Shown here piece by piece: positions 7,213 to 15,694 of a stretch of DNA of 38,540 bases (position 1 is its first letter; each line of letters opens with the position of its first letter). Source of the DNA: a virus (lineage: Duplodnaviria > Caudoviricetes). A program made the translations under genes and the position numbers. Under the pieces are notes generated by a model. It was not told where the DNA came from and did no database searches. It saw nothing but the letters and a program-made list of their open reading frames with translations. The DNA lies in IMG/VR virus record IMGVR_UViG_3300038478_000051, positions 1-38,540 of that record; one strand, given 5' to 3'.

Positions 7213-9588
7213 CTAGGAACCAATGAAGCTTATTAAATCTCCAACGGTTCCTATGATATAAAGCTCGTTAGTATTATTCACAACAGCAGAGACAGAGTTT
7301 CCAGGCTCTAAAATATATCCGTTTCCTGTTCCGGTATCGACATTATTCACTCCTGGTCCTCCAATGTGAATATCGGCCGCGTTGGTTGATTTAGCGGTAA
7401 TGATTACCCCGTTAGCCAAGGAGTTTGATGGGAGTTGTGTAACACTATTTGTGACAGCAAGTAGTATTTGCCCCTCACAAGGATTATTAGCTATAGCTCC
7501 CTGTGTCGCAAAACCTGCAGGAGTTGATTGGATACTAACCACTAATTCTCCTGTGATTGCCGATGTAGCAACAACCTGAATATAATTCATTCCAGAAACA
7601 GGACCACTAAAAAGACCATCTAAGGATGCTTGTGATACATTACCTCCTGATGTGTTCGTGAGAAGTAAAGGGTAATAGGTAATGCCGTCTATTGAGTATT
7701 GAAAGGCTACTGTCCCGGTCCATGTCCCTGAAAGCTGAATGGAGACAGTGGCATCCCCAGGATTTAAATTTTTGATTATAATTTGACCATTATTCTCTAT
7801 AATCCCTATCACCGACTGATTTGCTAAAACATTTGATTGAAAAGAAGTATTATAGCTTCGAAACATATTCACAATATCAGTATCACTACTATTATCGGTT
7901 ACTCCCGGATTAGCAGTTGAAGTTAAGGCAATATCATAGGATTGGGCTCCTGATGATTCAGCATTTCCTGACCAGGGGATAATTCCATCTCCCCCGTAAA
8001 GCTCAAGAAAATAGTAATAAATAGCTTTAAATGCCTGATACCGGTTATACAAAGGGAAATAGGTATTGTCACCAATTGTCCCTTGTAAAAATCCAACTTC
8101 CCCAATCACGGCTGGTTTATTATTCATATGGGCGGTATTCACAAAATCCTGCAGTTGCGCCTCAAATCCCGCTCCTGATACCCCATTTGTCCCGGGATAT
8201 CCTAAGAATGCTCCATAGGGTTGTAAATGGACCCCATCCCCCTGATTGGGATACACATGATAATCTGAATAATTAAGATTTTTAAGCGTTGAAAGAATTC
8301 GATAATCAGGACCCTCAAAGGTACCATTAAATACAGTATCCTGATTTTCATATTGCCAACCATGAGCCATATCCCCAAAACCAATCAAATGATTTGGGTC
8401 AATAGATCTAATGTAAGTTGACACAATATCAGTCCACCCACCAGGCTTTGAAAGTATTGCTAAATTCGGAGCGTTTAACGTATTAACCACATTACCTGGA
8501 TCATAATTATTGGTACGCAATTCATTCCCCAATTCCCAAGAAAAAATAGCCGGGTGGTTTTTGTATTGAATTCCATCAACTGTACTCACCCTATTAACCA
8601 ATGTATAAATAAAATCCTGATACATTTGTTGAATAAGTGGTTGACTAAAAAAACTTAAATAAGGATAGGAATTAGGGAAATTTGTTCCATTGATGGTATT
8701 ACAGGTTTGCACATACCATCCTTTTGTGTTGTAATTATTCTCATTACCATCAGCTAAAGAAAGAATTAATTTTATTCCCCTTTTCCTCGCTTCATTAAGA
8801 ACCATATCCAATTGTTGAAGAGAGGATTGATTATAAGCCAAGACTTGCGTTGTTTGTAAAGAAAGACTTGCATTATTATAATAAAATAAATTCTTACCAC
8901 CCCAATTTTGAATAGATAATCTAACTGTTGTATAAGTTGATGAATTAAATGAACCTTGAAATAATTGCCAATTTGAAGAACTAGAAACATAACCAAAATT
9001 TTGAATGATTGTGGCTCCTGTTATATCAGTAATAAGAACACGGGGAGGATTTGAACTTCCCCCACCCGGAGTATGTGTCCCTTGAGCATAAAAACTAAAT
9101 ACATAATTTGTATTAGGCGTTACCGTTGCTGTATAGGATATTTCATCATAGGTACTATTTGGACTATTTTGTTCAACACAATAAGAACCTGTCTGAGGAG
9201 TTGGAGATGTAACAAGAGACCATACTGACCCATTAGGCGGAGTGCCCGTTGTTCCATCATCCCATCCAGTAAAGCTATTAGTAGTTAAATTATTTGTTAT
9301 AAGATTAGTTCCAATAGCATATTGAATAGATCGAAAATTACCGGGAGGATCAAAACACCACGTTCTTATAACATTAATGTTATCAAACAAAGCTGCATCC
9401 ATAAATGCCTGCACTTGAGATTGCGTAGATCCTTGAATTAAAGGATAATAATTAATCCCACTAAACTTAAATGGTTGTCCCTTGTAATAAAATTGAGAAC
9501 CAATTTGTTGCACAAAGGGACTCTGGGCATTGATTGCCTGATTTGAATTTGCTGATTGTCCTGATAATGTTGGTGATCCTAAATACAT
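7213..9588 (-). CDS. GH5 glycoside hydrolase (mannanase-like) with inserted CBM4/9-like module and C-terminal virion-type domains
   Basis: F.F.G.NYY, VIRTW, LD.VL.EA.KRGIKLIL, WELGNE (acid/base), YHVYP and VIGEVG (nucleophile) motifs. Confidence 0.85.
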   Translation of the reverse strand: MYLGSPTLSGQSANSNQAINAQSPFVQQIGSQFYYKGQPFKFSGINYYPLIQGSTQSQVQAFMDAALFDNINVIRTWCFDPPGNFRSIQYAIGTNLITNNLTTNSFTGWDDGTTGTPPNGSVWSLVTSPTPQTGSYCVEQNSPNSTYDEISYTATVTPNTNYVFSFYAQGTHTPGGGSSNPPRVLITDITGATIIQNFGYVSSSSNWQLFQGSFNSSTYTTVRLSIQNWGGKNLFYYNNASLSLQTTQVLAYNQSSLQQLDMVLNEARKRGIKLILSLADGNENNYNTKGWYVQTCNTINGTNFPNSYPYLSFFSQPLIQQMYQDFIYTLVNRVSTVDGIQYKNHPAIFSWELGNELRTNNYDPGNVVNTLNAPNLAILSKPGGWTDIVSTYIRSIDPNHLIGFGDMAHGWQYENQDTVFNGTFEGPDYRILSTLKNLNYSDYHVYPNQGDGVHLQPYGAFLGYPGTNGVSGAGFEAQLQDFVNTAHMNNKPAVIGEVGFLQGTIGDNTYFPLYNRYQAFKAIYYYFLELYGGDGIIPWSGNAESSGAQSYDIALTSTANPGVTDNSSDTDIVNMFRSYNTSFQSNVLANQSVIGIIENNGQIIIKNLNPGDATVSIQLSGTWTGTVAFQYSIDGITYYPLLLTNTSGGNVSQASLDGLFSGPVSGMNYIQVVATSAITGELVVSIQSTPAGFATQGAIANNPCEGQILLAVTNSVTQLPSNSLANGVIITAKSTNAADIHIGGPGVNNVDTGTGNGYILEPGNSVSAVVNNTNELYIIGTVGDLISFIGS

Positions 9589-9591
9589 AGA

Positions 9592-10395
9592 TTATTGCCC
9601 TGAATATGCCTCTTCCGATAATTCTAAAACTCTCACATCATTATCCACTTCTGCTGCTATTGCATATAGATTCATTGTGTCAGAAAAATTAAATGTTGGA
9701 CTATATGCGCCAGGTGGCAACGGCATCCCATCTGAAATAGTTACCCCAATTCCCCCCAAATAAATAATATTACTTGAATTATTATATACCAAAAGGGCGC
9801 GTCTATTAGAAAGGTTGGTTCCCGGAACTTGGGTTGCGGAGGTATTAACGGTAATATCGGTATTTAGTGGAATTCCCTTCAAAGTGTTGAGGGACACATG
9901 TGTAACAGGGGTCGGAATATAGGTTGGAGGGAAATTGCCAATATCAATAGTTGATGGGAATTCTATTTTATCCCAGGGGATTTGAATGTTAGTTTCTTTA
10001 TCACTAACGGTTTGAATTAATCTTTCAATAAGAGAATGCAGCTCTAAATCCTTTTGAATAACCTGTTGGGGGACAATGCTCTTTGGTGGTTGTTGTGAAA
10101 TAAGAGATATAGCATGTGTCAATAATCCTAATTGTTTTTGAATCCTGTCAAAATAGGGAGCAAATTCTGTGACATTTGATATCTTCACAGGCGGCATTTC
10201 ATCTATGTTCTTTACCCTTATGTTTCCGGTAACAGTAAATACTTTTGGCCAGTTGATTGGCTTATCGATAAGCTTATAAAGTTTAACGAGGACACTCCCT
10301 AAGTTTTCTTGGAATTTAATAACCCTCTCATCTGCTTTTTGCTGAATGGTTAAATCCAAACTATCCAATTCATCAAGCCCCTCTATTTTCTTCAT
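9592..10395 (-). CDS. Hypothetical virion-associated protein
   Basis: C-terminal NRRALLVYNNSSNIIYLGG beta module typical of phage structural proteins. Confidence 0.6.
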   Translation of the reverse strand: MKKIEGLDELDSLDLTIQQKADERVIKFQENLGSVLVKLYKLIDKPINWPKVFTVTGNIRVKNIDEMPPVKISNVTEFAPYFDRIQKQLGLLTHAISLISQQPPKSIVPQQVIQKDLELHSLIERLIQTVSDKETNIQIPWDKIEFPSTIDIGNFPPTYIPTPVTHVSLNTLKGIPLNTDITVNTSATQVPGTNLSNRRALLVYNNSSNIIYLGGIGVTISDGMPLPPGAYSPTFNFSDTMNLYAIAAEVDNDVRVLELSEEAYSGQ

Positions 10396-10622
10396 TTTTT
10401 AAGTTCCTTTAGTATCTTTACCAATAATACTATTTGAAAATCTAGCCTCTTTGTAATATATCGTATCATATCATGCGTGTTTGCGCTATCGGATAGTTTA
10501 TCAGCATTATTTTTTCCCACAGCATCAGCAATAGATCCCTCTAACTGCTTAAAGAGGTCTTCCATCATTTTCTTATTCTGCTGCTGTTCGAATATTTTTT
10601 TACGAGCTGCGACATCTATCAT
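10392..10622 (-). CDS. Hypothetical protein
   Basis: Packed in the operon, overlapping the next gene by ATGA. Confidence 0.65.
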   Translation of the reverse strand: MIDVAARKKIFEQQQNKKMMEDLFKQLEGSIADAVGKNNADKLSDSANTHDMIRYITKRLDFQIVLLVKILKELKK

Positions 10623-10623
10623 A

Positions 10624-11532
10624 CTATTGTTGTGCTAAATTATTCCCTTGATTCTTTAAAGATAATGGCGCAGCAAACCATCTACCCCAACCTGAATTCT
10701 GTTGAAGAAGGGATGCAAAATTAGCATTCTTTTGAGGATCATTCATATCATCATAGCTTGTTATCCCCATTTGTGCTAGTTGCTGGCGCGAAGTAGGATT
10801 ACTCATATACCCATTAAATGTATTACTATTAATTCTGAAAAGGCCCCTATCAGTTGAGCCATCTGAGTTGGTGCTGTCTCCTACATATTTAAAGCTGGCA
10901 TTTTCCCCGTAATTATTTGAAGTATGACCGAATTGCTGAACCTCAGAGGGAGTGTACGTTTGGGATTTTGGGTGATTCAGAACCTGGGCCGCATTTGTCG
11001 CTTGTCCAGTAGAATTAAAAGCATTTAATAATATCTGTGCTACCGCAGGAGGAAGAGTTAGTTTTCCTCCTTGAGAATAGGGGATGGTGATGTTTGGTTG
11101 CATTGAATTAGTAGGGCGTTGTTGTCCTTGATTGACAACTGGTTGTTGGGGTAATTGCGTAGGTGTTGGGGTTGGTTGAGTTGCTTGGGGAGCGCTATTA
11201 ACAGTCAACGGTACCTGTGTTCCATAGGCATGTCCCCCCGGGGAATTTACCGCACCCTGGTAAAGGTTAAATTGCTGGTTTGCATTTTGTCCTTGGAGAT
11301 TTCCCTGGTTTGCTCGTTGCCATTGAAAAAATCCGGGAGTATTAGTCTGTTGTTGATTAAATAGTTGGGATTGTGGGGTAGGTGCTTGATTTTGAGGTGC
11401 AAGATGCAAGCTTTGAGCGAGTTGAGTGATGTTCTGACCCATACCGGATACAGCATTATCCACTCCTTGGACTGCCTTCTGAGGAAGATTTAAAAGCTGA
11501 TAGATGGCGCCATAGATTGCATTTGGATTCAT
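10624..11532 (-). CDS. Putative ejection protein with C-terminal lysozyme-like/transglycosylase domain
   Basis: Q/P/N-rich N-terminus, then E-N...NSDGSTDRGLFRINS...DPQKN...GWGRW lysozyme-superfamily motif. Confidence 0.75.
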   Translation of the reverse strand: MNPNAIYGAIYQLLNLPQKAVQGVDNAVSGMGQNITQLAQSLHLAPQNQAPTPQSQLFNQQQTNTPGFFQWQRANQGNLQGQNANQQFNLYQGAVNSPGGHAYGTQVPLTVNSAPQATQPTPTPTQLPQQPVVNQGQQRPTNSMQPNITIPYSQGGKLTLPPAVAQILLNAFNSTGQATNAAQVLNHPKSQTYTPSEVQQFGHTSNNYGENASFKYVGDSTNSDGSTDRGLFRINSNTFNGYMSNPTSRQQLAQMGITSYDDMNDPQKNANFASLLQQNSGWGRWFAAPLSLKNQGNNLAQQ

Positions 11533-12806
11533 TAAAAGTCCTCTAATTTATATTCTGGTAATTTTTTAATATCTTCTTTTATATTTTCAAGTGCTGTAAC
11601 ATATTGTTTATTTAATTTAAATGCATGAACCTCATCTGAAAGCTTAATCAAGAATTCAATTAATTTATTATAATCTGGTCCTGAAGCCACTAAAAGATAA
11701 ACTATTCCGTTTCCTTTTATGGAATATGTTTTACCCCTAACAACCGCACTGGTTCTGGTTTTAATATACTTTGAATATTTTTCAGGATATTGCAAGAGAA
11801 CATACTCATCATCTCCTGCGTCTGAACTTAATGGAAGTGCCGCTACGTATTTTCCTGTATTATCTATTTTTACATCTTCACCCCTTGCAACCTTCCAAAT
11901 AACTTCAGAATAATTCTTGATAGATAAAGTATATAAAGTACTCAAAGGATAGGCAAAACGCTGACATGCATCAATAAAGAATGGTTTTCCATCTTTTGTA
12001 ATCCTAACCTCGGATGACATTGGTCCACGATAATCAACCTTCTGAAAATAGGGAGTTAAGGCATCTTGTACTTTTTTCAAGGGTGATGGTAATTGATCTA
12101 CATATATGCCTACATAACTACTTTTATCTTTTTCTATTCCATAAAGATGGGGGGCTATCCATTTCTTTCCATTAAAGAATGTGTCATATCCCAATTCCTT
12201 TGCATCCTCAATGCAATCTTCAACAAGGAATGAGTATTGATCGGCAAAAGGACCCCATTTTACCTGAATTTCATCAAGATATTCTGCTACTAAATCGTAA
12301 TTCTCCGCATAAAAACTATCTACATCTCCTCTCCATATATTCACTTTTATATATTTTTTAGGATTGCGTTTCAAATACTCTCGAAGGGCAGGAATGCCTT
12401 TCACTATTTCTGTTTTTTGAACAGGTAATCCAACTTCTCCTTGAAGTTGCCGCATAAACTCACGATTAAGCTCTAATTTATCTCCTCCTAAGTTGCTCCC
12501 AAAAACGGTTTTACCTTGCTTACGAAGATAAGAAACCCAATCTCCAAACATCACGTCACCAAAGAATATTAAATCAACTTTGTCAACATAATTCCAGAAT
12601 GTTTTAACTTTCTCTATTCCTATATCCTCTAATCCTAATCCTGGACTGAATTGGTCAAATTTAGGATATGCACCGAAAAAAGGGGTATAGTAGAAGGTTT
12701 GATGTCCATCTAAAGCTATACGCTTAACATGTTCAACTTCTAATCCATATCCCGCACAAAGCACTTTTAATTTCTTTCCTACTCCACCATAATTATTATC
12801 AGCCAT
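11532..12806 (-). CDS. ATP-grasp fold ligase (PurD/GARS-like, divergent)
   Basis: VFG...KLELNR.F...GLPV, YIK, FLVEDCIE..ELGYD and YRGPMSSEVRITKDGKPFFIDACQRF motifs matching ATP-grasp elements. Confidence 0.75.
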   Translation of the reverse strand: MADNNYGGVGKKLKVLCAGYGLEVEHVKRIALDGHQTFYYTPFFGAYPKFDQFSPGLGLEDIGIEKVKTFWNYVDKVDLIFFGDVMFGDWVSYLRKQGKTVFGSNLGGDKLELNREFMRQLQGEVGLPVQKTEIVKGIPALREYLKRNPKKYIKVNIWRGDVDSFYAENYDLVAEYLDEIQVKWGPFADQYSFLVEDCIEDAKELGYDTFFNGKKWIAPHLYGIEKDKSSYVGIYVDQLPSPLKKVQDALTPYFQKVDYRGPMSSEVRITKDGKPFFIDACQRFAYPLSTLYTLSIKNYSEVIWKVARGEDVKIDNTGKYVAALPLSSDAGDDEYVLLQYPEKYSKYIKTRTSAVVRGKTYSIKGNGIVYLLVASGPDYNKLIEFLIKLSDEVHAFKLNKQYVTALENIKEDIKKLPEYKLEDF

Positions 12807-12833
12807 ATTACACTATAAGAGTATACCAGGTTC

Positions 12834-12862
12834 TTGAAATATGCAAGATGGTTTGGTATACT
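12834..12862 (+). promoter_or_regulatory. Sigma70-type promoter for the free-standing HNH gene (a divergent promoter for the ATP-grasp gene overlaps it)
   Basis: TTGAAA-N17(ending TGG)-TATACT on plus; TGG-TATACT on minus at about 12820-12828. Confidence 0.75.
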
Positions 12863-12867
12863 GTGAT

Positions 12868-12936
12868 TACGTTTTTGTATGACCTTCAGCATTTAAAAAC
12901 GTAGCTCTCATTTTCTGAAGGAATGGGAGCTTTTTT
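12868..12936 (+). ncRNA. Structured 5' leader: two hairpins with complementary loops, second one terminator-like
   Basis: TACGTTTTT/AAAAACGTA stem with CCTTCAG in its loop; GCTCTCATT/AATGGGAGC stem containing CTGAAGG, followed by T6 and the ATG. Confidence 0.65.
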
Positions 12937-13362
12937 ATGCCAATATTTATATATTATTGCCTATATTGCAAAAAAGAATTCAAAGATATAAATTATAGTA
13001 GGAAATTTTGCTCTAAAATATGTATGGATATAAATTGGAAAGGAAAACATAGAGGGAAAAATACTGAATTTAAAAAAGGACAAATGAGAAACCAAACCAA
13101 CGAAAAAAATCATATGTGGAAAGGTAACAATGCAGGTTATACAGCTCTACATTATTGGGTAAGTAAACGATTGGGAAAAGCAGCATTTTGTTCAAATGAT
13201 ATAAATCATAAAACAACTCGTTATGTATGGGGTAATATTAGTGGAGAATATAAACGTGATATTTCTGATTGGCATAGTTTGTGTGGAACATGTAATTTAA
13301 CTGATGGAATTAAAATGTACAAAATTTTTGATAAAAAAAGACATCGTATTATCATGAATTAG
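12937..13362 (+). CDS. Free-standing HNH-like homing endonuclease
   Basis: CxxC, FCSxxC, WKG...GY.ALH.WV, W.NISG.Y.RD..DW..LC..C motifs; antisense to the flanking late genes. Confidence 0.75.
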   Translation: MPIFIYYCLYCKKEFKDINYSRKFCSKICMDINWKGKHRGKNTEFKKGQMRNQTNEKNHMWKGNNAGYTALHYWVSKRLGKAAFCSNDINHKTTRYVWGNISGEYKRDISDWHSLCGTCNLTDGIKMYKIFDKKRHRIIMN

Positions 13363-14113
13363 CTGTAGAATAACCGATATATTGTTGTCCCGCGTATTGA
13401 TCCCAATCATTAATATTAAATGTTTGAATGCCATTATCAGTAGCACTTGTAAAGTTACCTCCTCCATCACTGATTCCTACATGTCCCATATTGCCATTCG
13501 TACTGTTTGGAGCAAAATAAACACGCGCTCCCGCAGGTGGTATGCCTTGTGTTTGAATATTACCCGCTGCTTGATTTGCTTGATAATCCGCATAGGCTGT
13601 AGGTTGGCGGTTTTTATTCCCTTGTTGGTCATCGACCCACTGAAGACAATACCCTGCATAATTTGAAGTAGCAGTCGCTTTTCCAATCTGTCCTTGCGTT
13701 GAATTATTCCCTCCCAAAAGCTGATTAAGGGCATTAATTAATGGATTTTGAGATGATGCGTTCTGTGGTGGTGGCTGCAATTGCATTGGTTGAATGCTAG
13801 GCATTGCAGTAACCTGATTTCCTGCATTATTTTGTTGACCAGCGATTCCATTAATGCCTGGATTTTGAATACTATTAGAAGGTGATGGGGGATTTGGATT
13901 AACCTGACTTGCAAATCTAGGATCTGTCGCTTGTTGCCTAGTAGCCAAACTTTGCATGATGGCCTGTAAAGGAGCAGATTGTTGTGGTGTTTGATTTTGA
14001 TTAGGTTGATTATTCGCCTGACTATTCTGTTGAGGATTCCCTGGATTAGTTAAGGGTGAAATGTATGGATTATTTAATGGGTTAGGGCTCTGTTGTAAAT
14101 TGGGTGGATTCAT
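13352..14113 (-). CDS. Putative ejection protein with C-terminal CHAP/NlpC-P60-like peptidase
   Basis: Q/N/P-rich N-terminus; catalytic Cys (GYCLQWV) and His (GHVGIS), PPAGA.VYF and YIGY motifs. Confidence 0.8.
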   Translation of the reverse strand: MNPPNLQQSPNPLNNPYISPLTNPGNPQQNSQANNQPNQNQTPQQSAPLQAIMQSLATRQQATDPRFASQVNPNPPSPSNSIQNPGINGIAGQQNNAGNQVTAMPSIQPMQLQPPPQNASSQNPLINALNQLLGGNNSTQGQIGKATATSNYAGYCLQWVDDQQGNKNRQPTAYADYQANQAAGNIQTQGIPPAGARVYFAPNSTNGNMGHVGISDGGGNFTSATDNGIQTFNINDWDQYAGQQYIGYSTANS

Positions 14114-14196
14114 ACCCCTCTATTATTACACGAATTTTCTTTAAAAGTAAAATGATCTATTGACAAATGAAAATAACTGAGCTATATTATAGGTGT

Positions 14197-14259
14197 ATGA
14201 ATATCTTATTTGGACTATTAATAATTATCATTTCCATTCTACGGTATGATGGAAGATAA
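14197..14259 (+). CDS. Putative 20-aa hydrophobic peptide (MNILFGLLIIIISILRYDGR)
   Basis: Lies directly behind TTGACA(14160)-N17-TATATT and fills the intergenic gap antisense to late genes. Confidence 0.45.
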   Translation: MNILFGLLIIIISILRYDGR

Positions 14260-14262
14260 TAG

Positions 14263-15693
14263 CTATTGACCATTTCCAAAAACCGAATTAGAAAATTTCC
14301 CACCCGCTCCTACAGATAACATTCTTAAAAGAGGATTATTAAAAGCAGGAGACATCATTTTTCCCAATCCTTGCATTACAGGAGAGGCAGCCATTCCGAC
14401 TGCTTTGTTTCCCAGGTTTTCTCTATTATTAAAAACATACTTTAATCCTTCTCCAACTGCAGCTTGGGGAGCACTCAATTTTCCAAGCATTGTCATTAAT
14501 GCTATTCCCATATCAACAGGTGCCCCAAGGTGCCCTGCTGAATCTCTATGTGCCTTTGCCAATTTCTCCAATTTATCACTATCCCCCCGGATGTTCTCCA
14601 ACTTATTCAAACTCTTCCTCACCAAACTATACATCTTACTATATTTCTGATAAACAGGGTTATTAATCTTATCCCCGACATTCTTTCTGATTATGGCATC
14701 CGCCCTATCCTTAGTGTCGTCATATTCCAATGACCTTATACCTTCCCCTTGAATTCGGTCAAGGTCAGTAATAGATGATGCCACCGGCTGCCCCAATGAA
14801 ATGCTATTTTTCGCGGCAGTTTTACTATTTAAAAAGTTTGCTATATTGGCGTCAGATACATGTTGATCAAACATATCCTTTGAAGTCTGGTTATAAAAAT
14901 CATCTATTTCGTTTCCAATAACTACATTGGATTTACGCATATTGGTAACAGTTGCTCCTACTCCTCCATTCCCTTTGAATTCATTTGTCAGCATGTCTAT
15001 GTTCTCCGTTGGATCATTTGTCATCTTTTTTGCAAGATTAATTACATACTCAGGATCAGTTTTGGCAATATCCTCTATTCCTTGGCCTAGATAAGGAGAC
15101 AGATGATTAACAGCGTTTTTTGTTGGCGCACCTTTTATGAAATTGCCAACACCGGGGAGTATCGCGTTTATCCCAGCCCCAAGGACTCCCGAAGCAACAT
15201 CTGATCCTGCTGTAGAGTTTGGTTGTGAGTAGGCTCCCAATGCTCCGGTTAAGGCACCCGTTCCAAGGCGGGATAAAAAGCCTTTTCCTAATAATGCTTC
15301 TCCTCCCGGCATCACAGCCCAAGAAGCAAGACCTGCTACGTCTTTTAATGCTTGGGTACCATTAAGATTTTGTAATTGTGTTTGATTGGCAAAGGGAGTC
15401 TGGTTAAAACCCATGTTTTTGATTTGCTGAGATGGTCTTGTTAATGCAGCAATAGTATCTGGAATTGCTCCTAATCCTAAACCACGAAGACCATTAGAGA
15501 TGGTTTGAGTTGGAGCATTAATTTGTGATGCTTGTTGATTGGCAACATTTGTTGCATTCTGGATAAAGTTTGAAGGGACATTCTGCACTATCGTAGGCTT
15601 CTGGGGAGTTTGGGATAAATTAGAAATAGCAGGAGTTCCCTGTATGGCATAAGGGTTACTCATTGACGGATTGGTAGGATTATTAAAAAACAT
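14263..15693 (-). CDS. Putative internal virion/ejection protein
   Basis: Gly/Ala-rich amphipathic segments (GALTGALGA) and position after the nozzle and fibre genes. Confidence 0.6.
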   Translation of the reverse strand: MFFNNPTNPSMSNPYAIQGTPAISNLSQTPQKPTIVQNVPSNFIQNATNVANQQASQINAPTQTISNGLRGLGLGAIPDTIAALTRPSQQIKNMGFNQTPFANQTQLQNLNGTQALKDVAGLASWAVMPGGEALLGKGFLSRLGTGALTGALGAYSQPNSTAGSDVASGVLGAGINAILPGVGNFIKGAPTKNAVNHLSPYLGQGIEDIAKTDPEYVINLAKKMTNDPTENIDMLTNEFKGNGGVGATVTNMRKSNVVIGNEIDDFYNQTSKDMFDQHVSDANIANFLNSKTAAKNSISLGQPVASSITDLDRIQGEGIRSLEYDDTKDRADAIIRKNVGDKINNPVYQKYSKMYSLVRKSLNKLENIRGDSDKLEKLAKAHRDSAGHLGAPVDMGIALMTMLGKLSAPQAAVGEGLKYVFNNRENLGNKAVGMAASPVMQGLGKMMSPAFNNPLLRMLSVGAGGKFSNSVFGNGQ

Positions 15694-15694
15694 T

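Noticed and set aside
11532-12806. Assigning the symbol purD
   Set aside because: PurD-specific N-terminal motifs are absent and there is no purine gene context.
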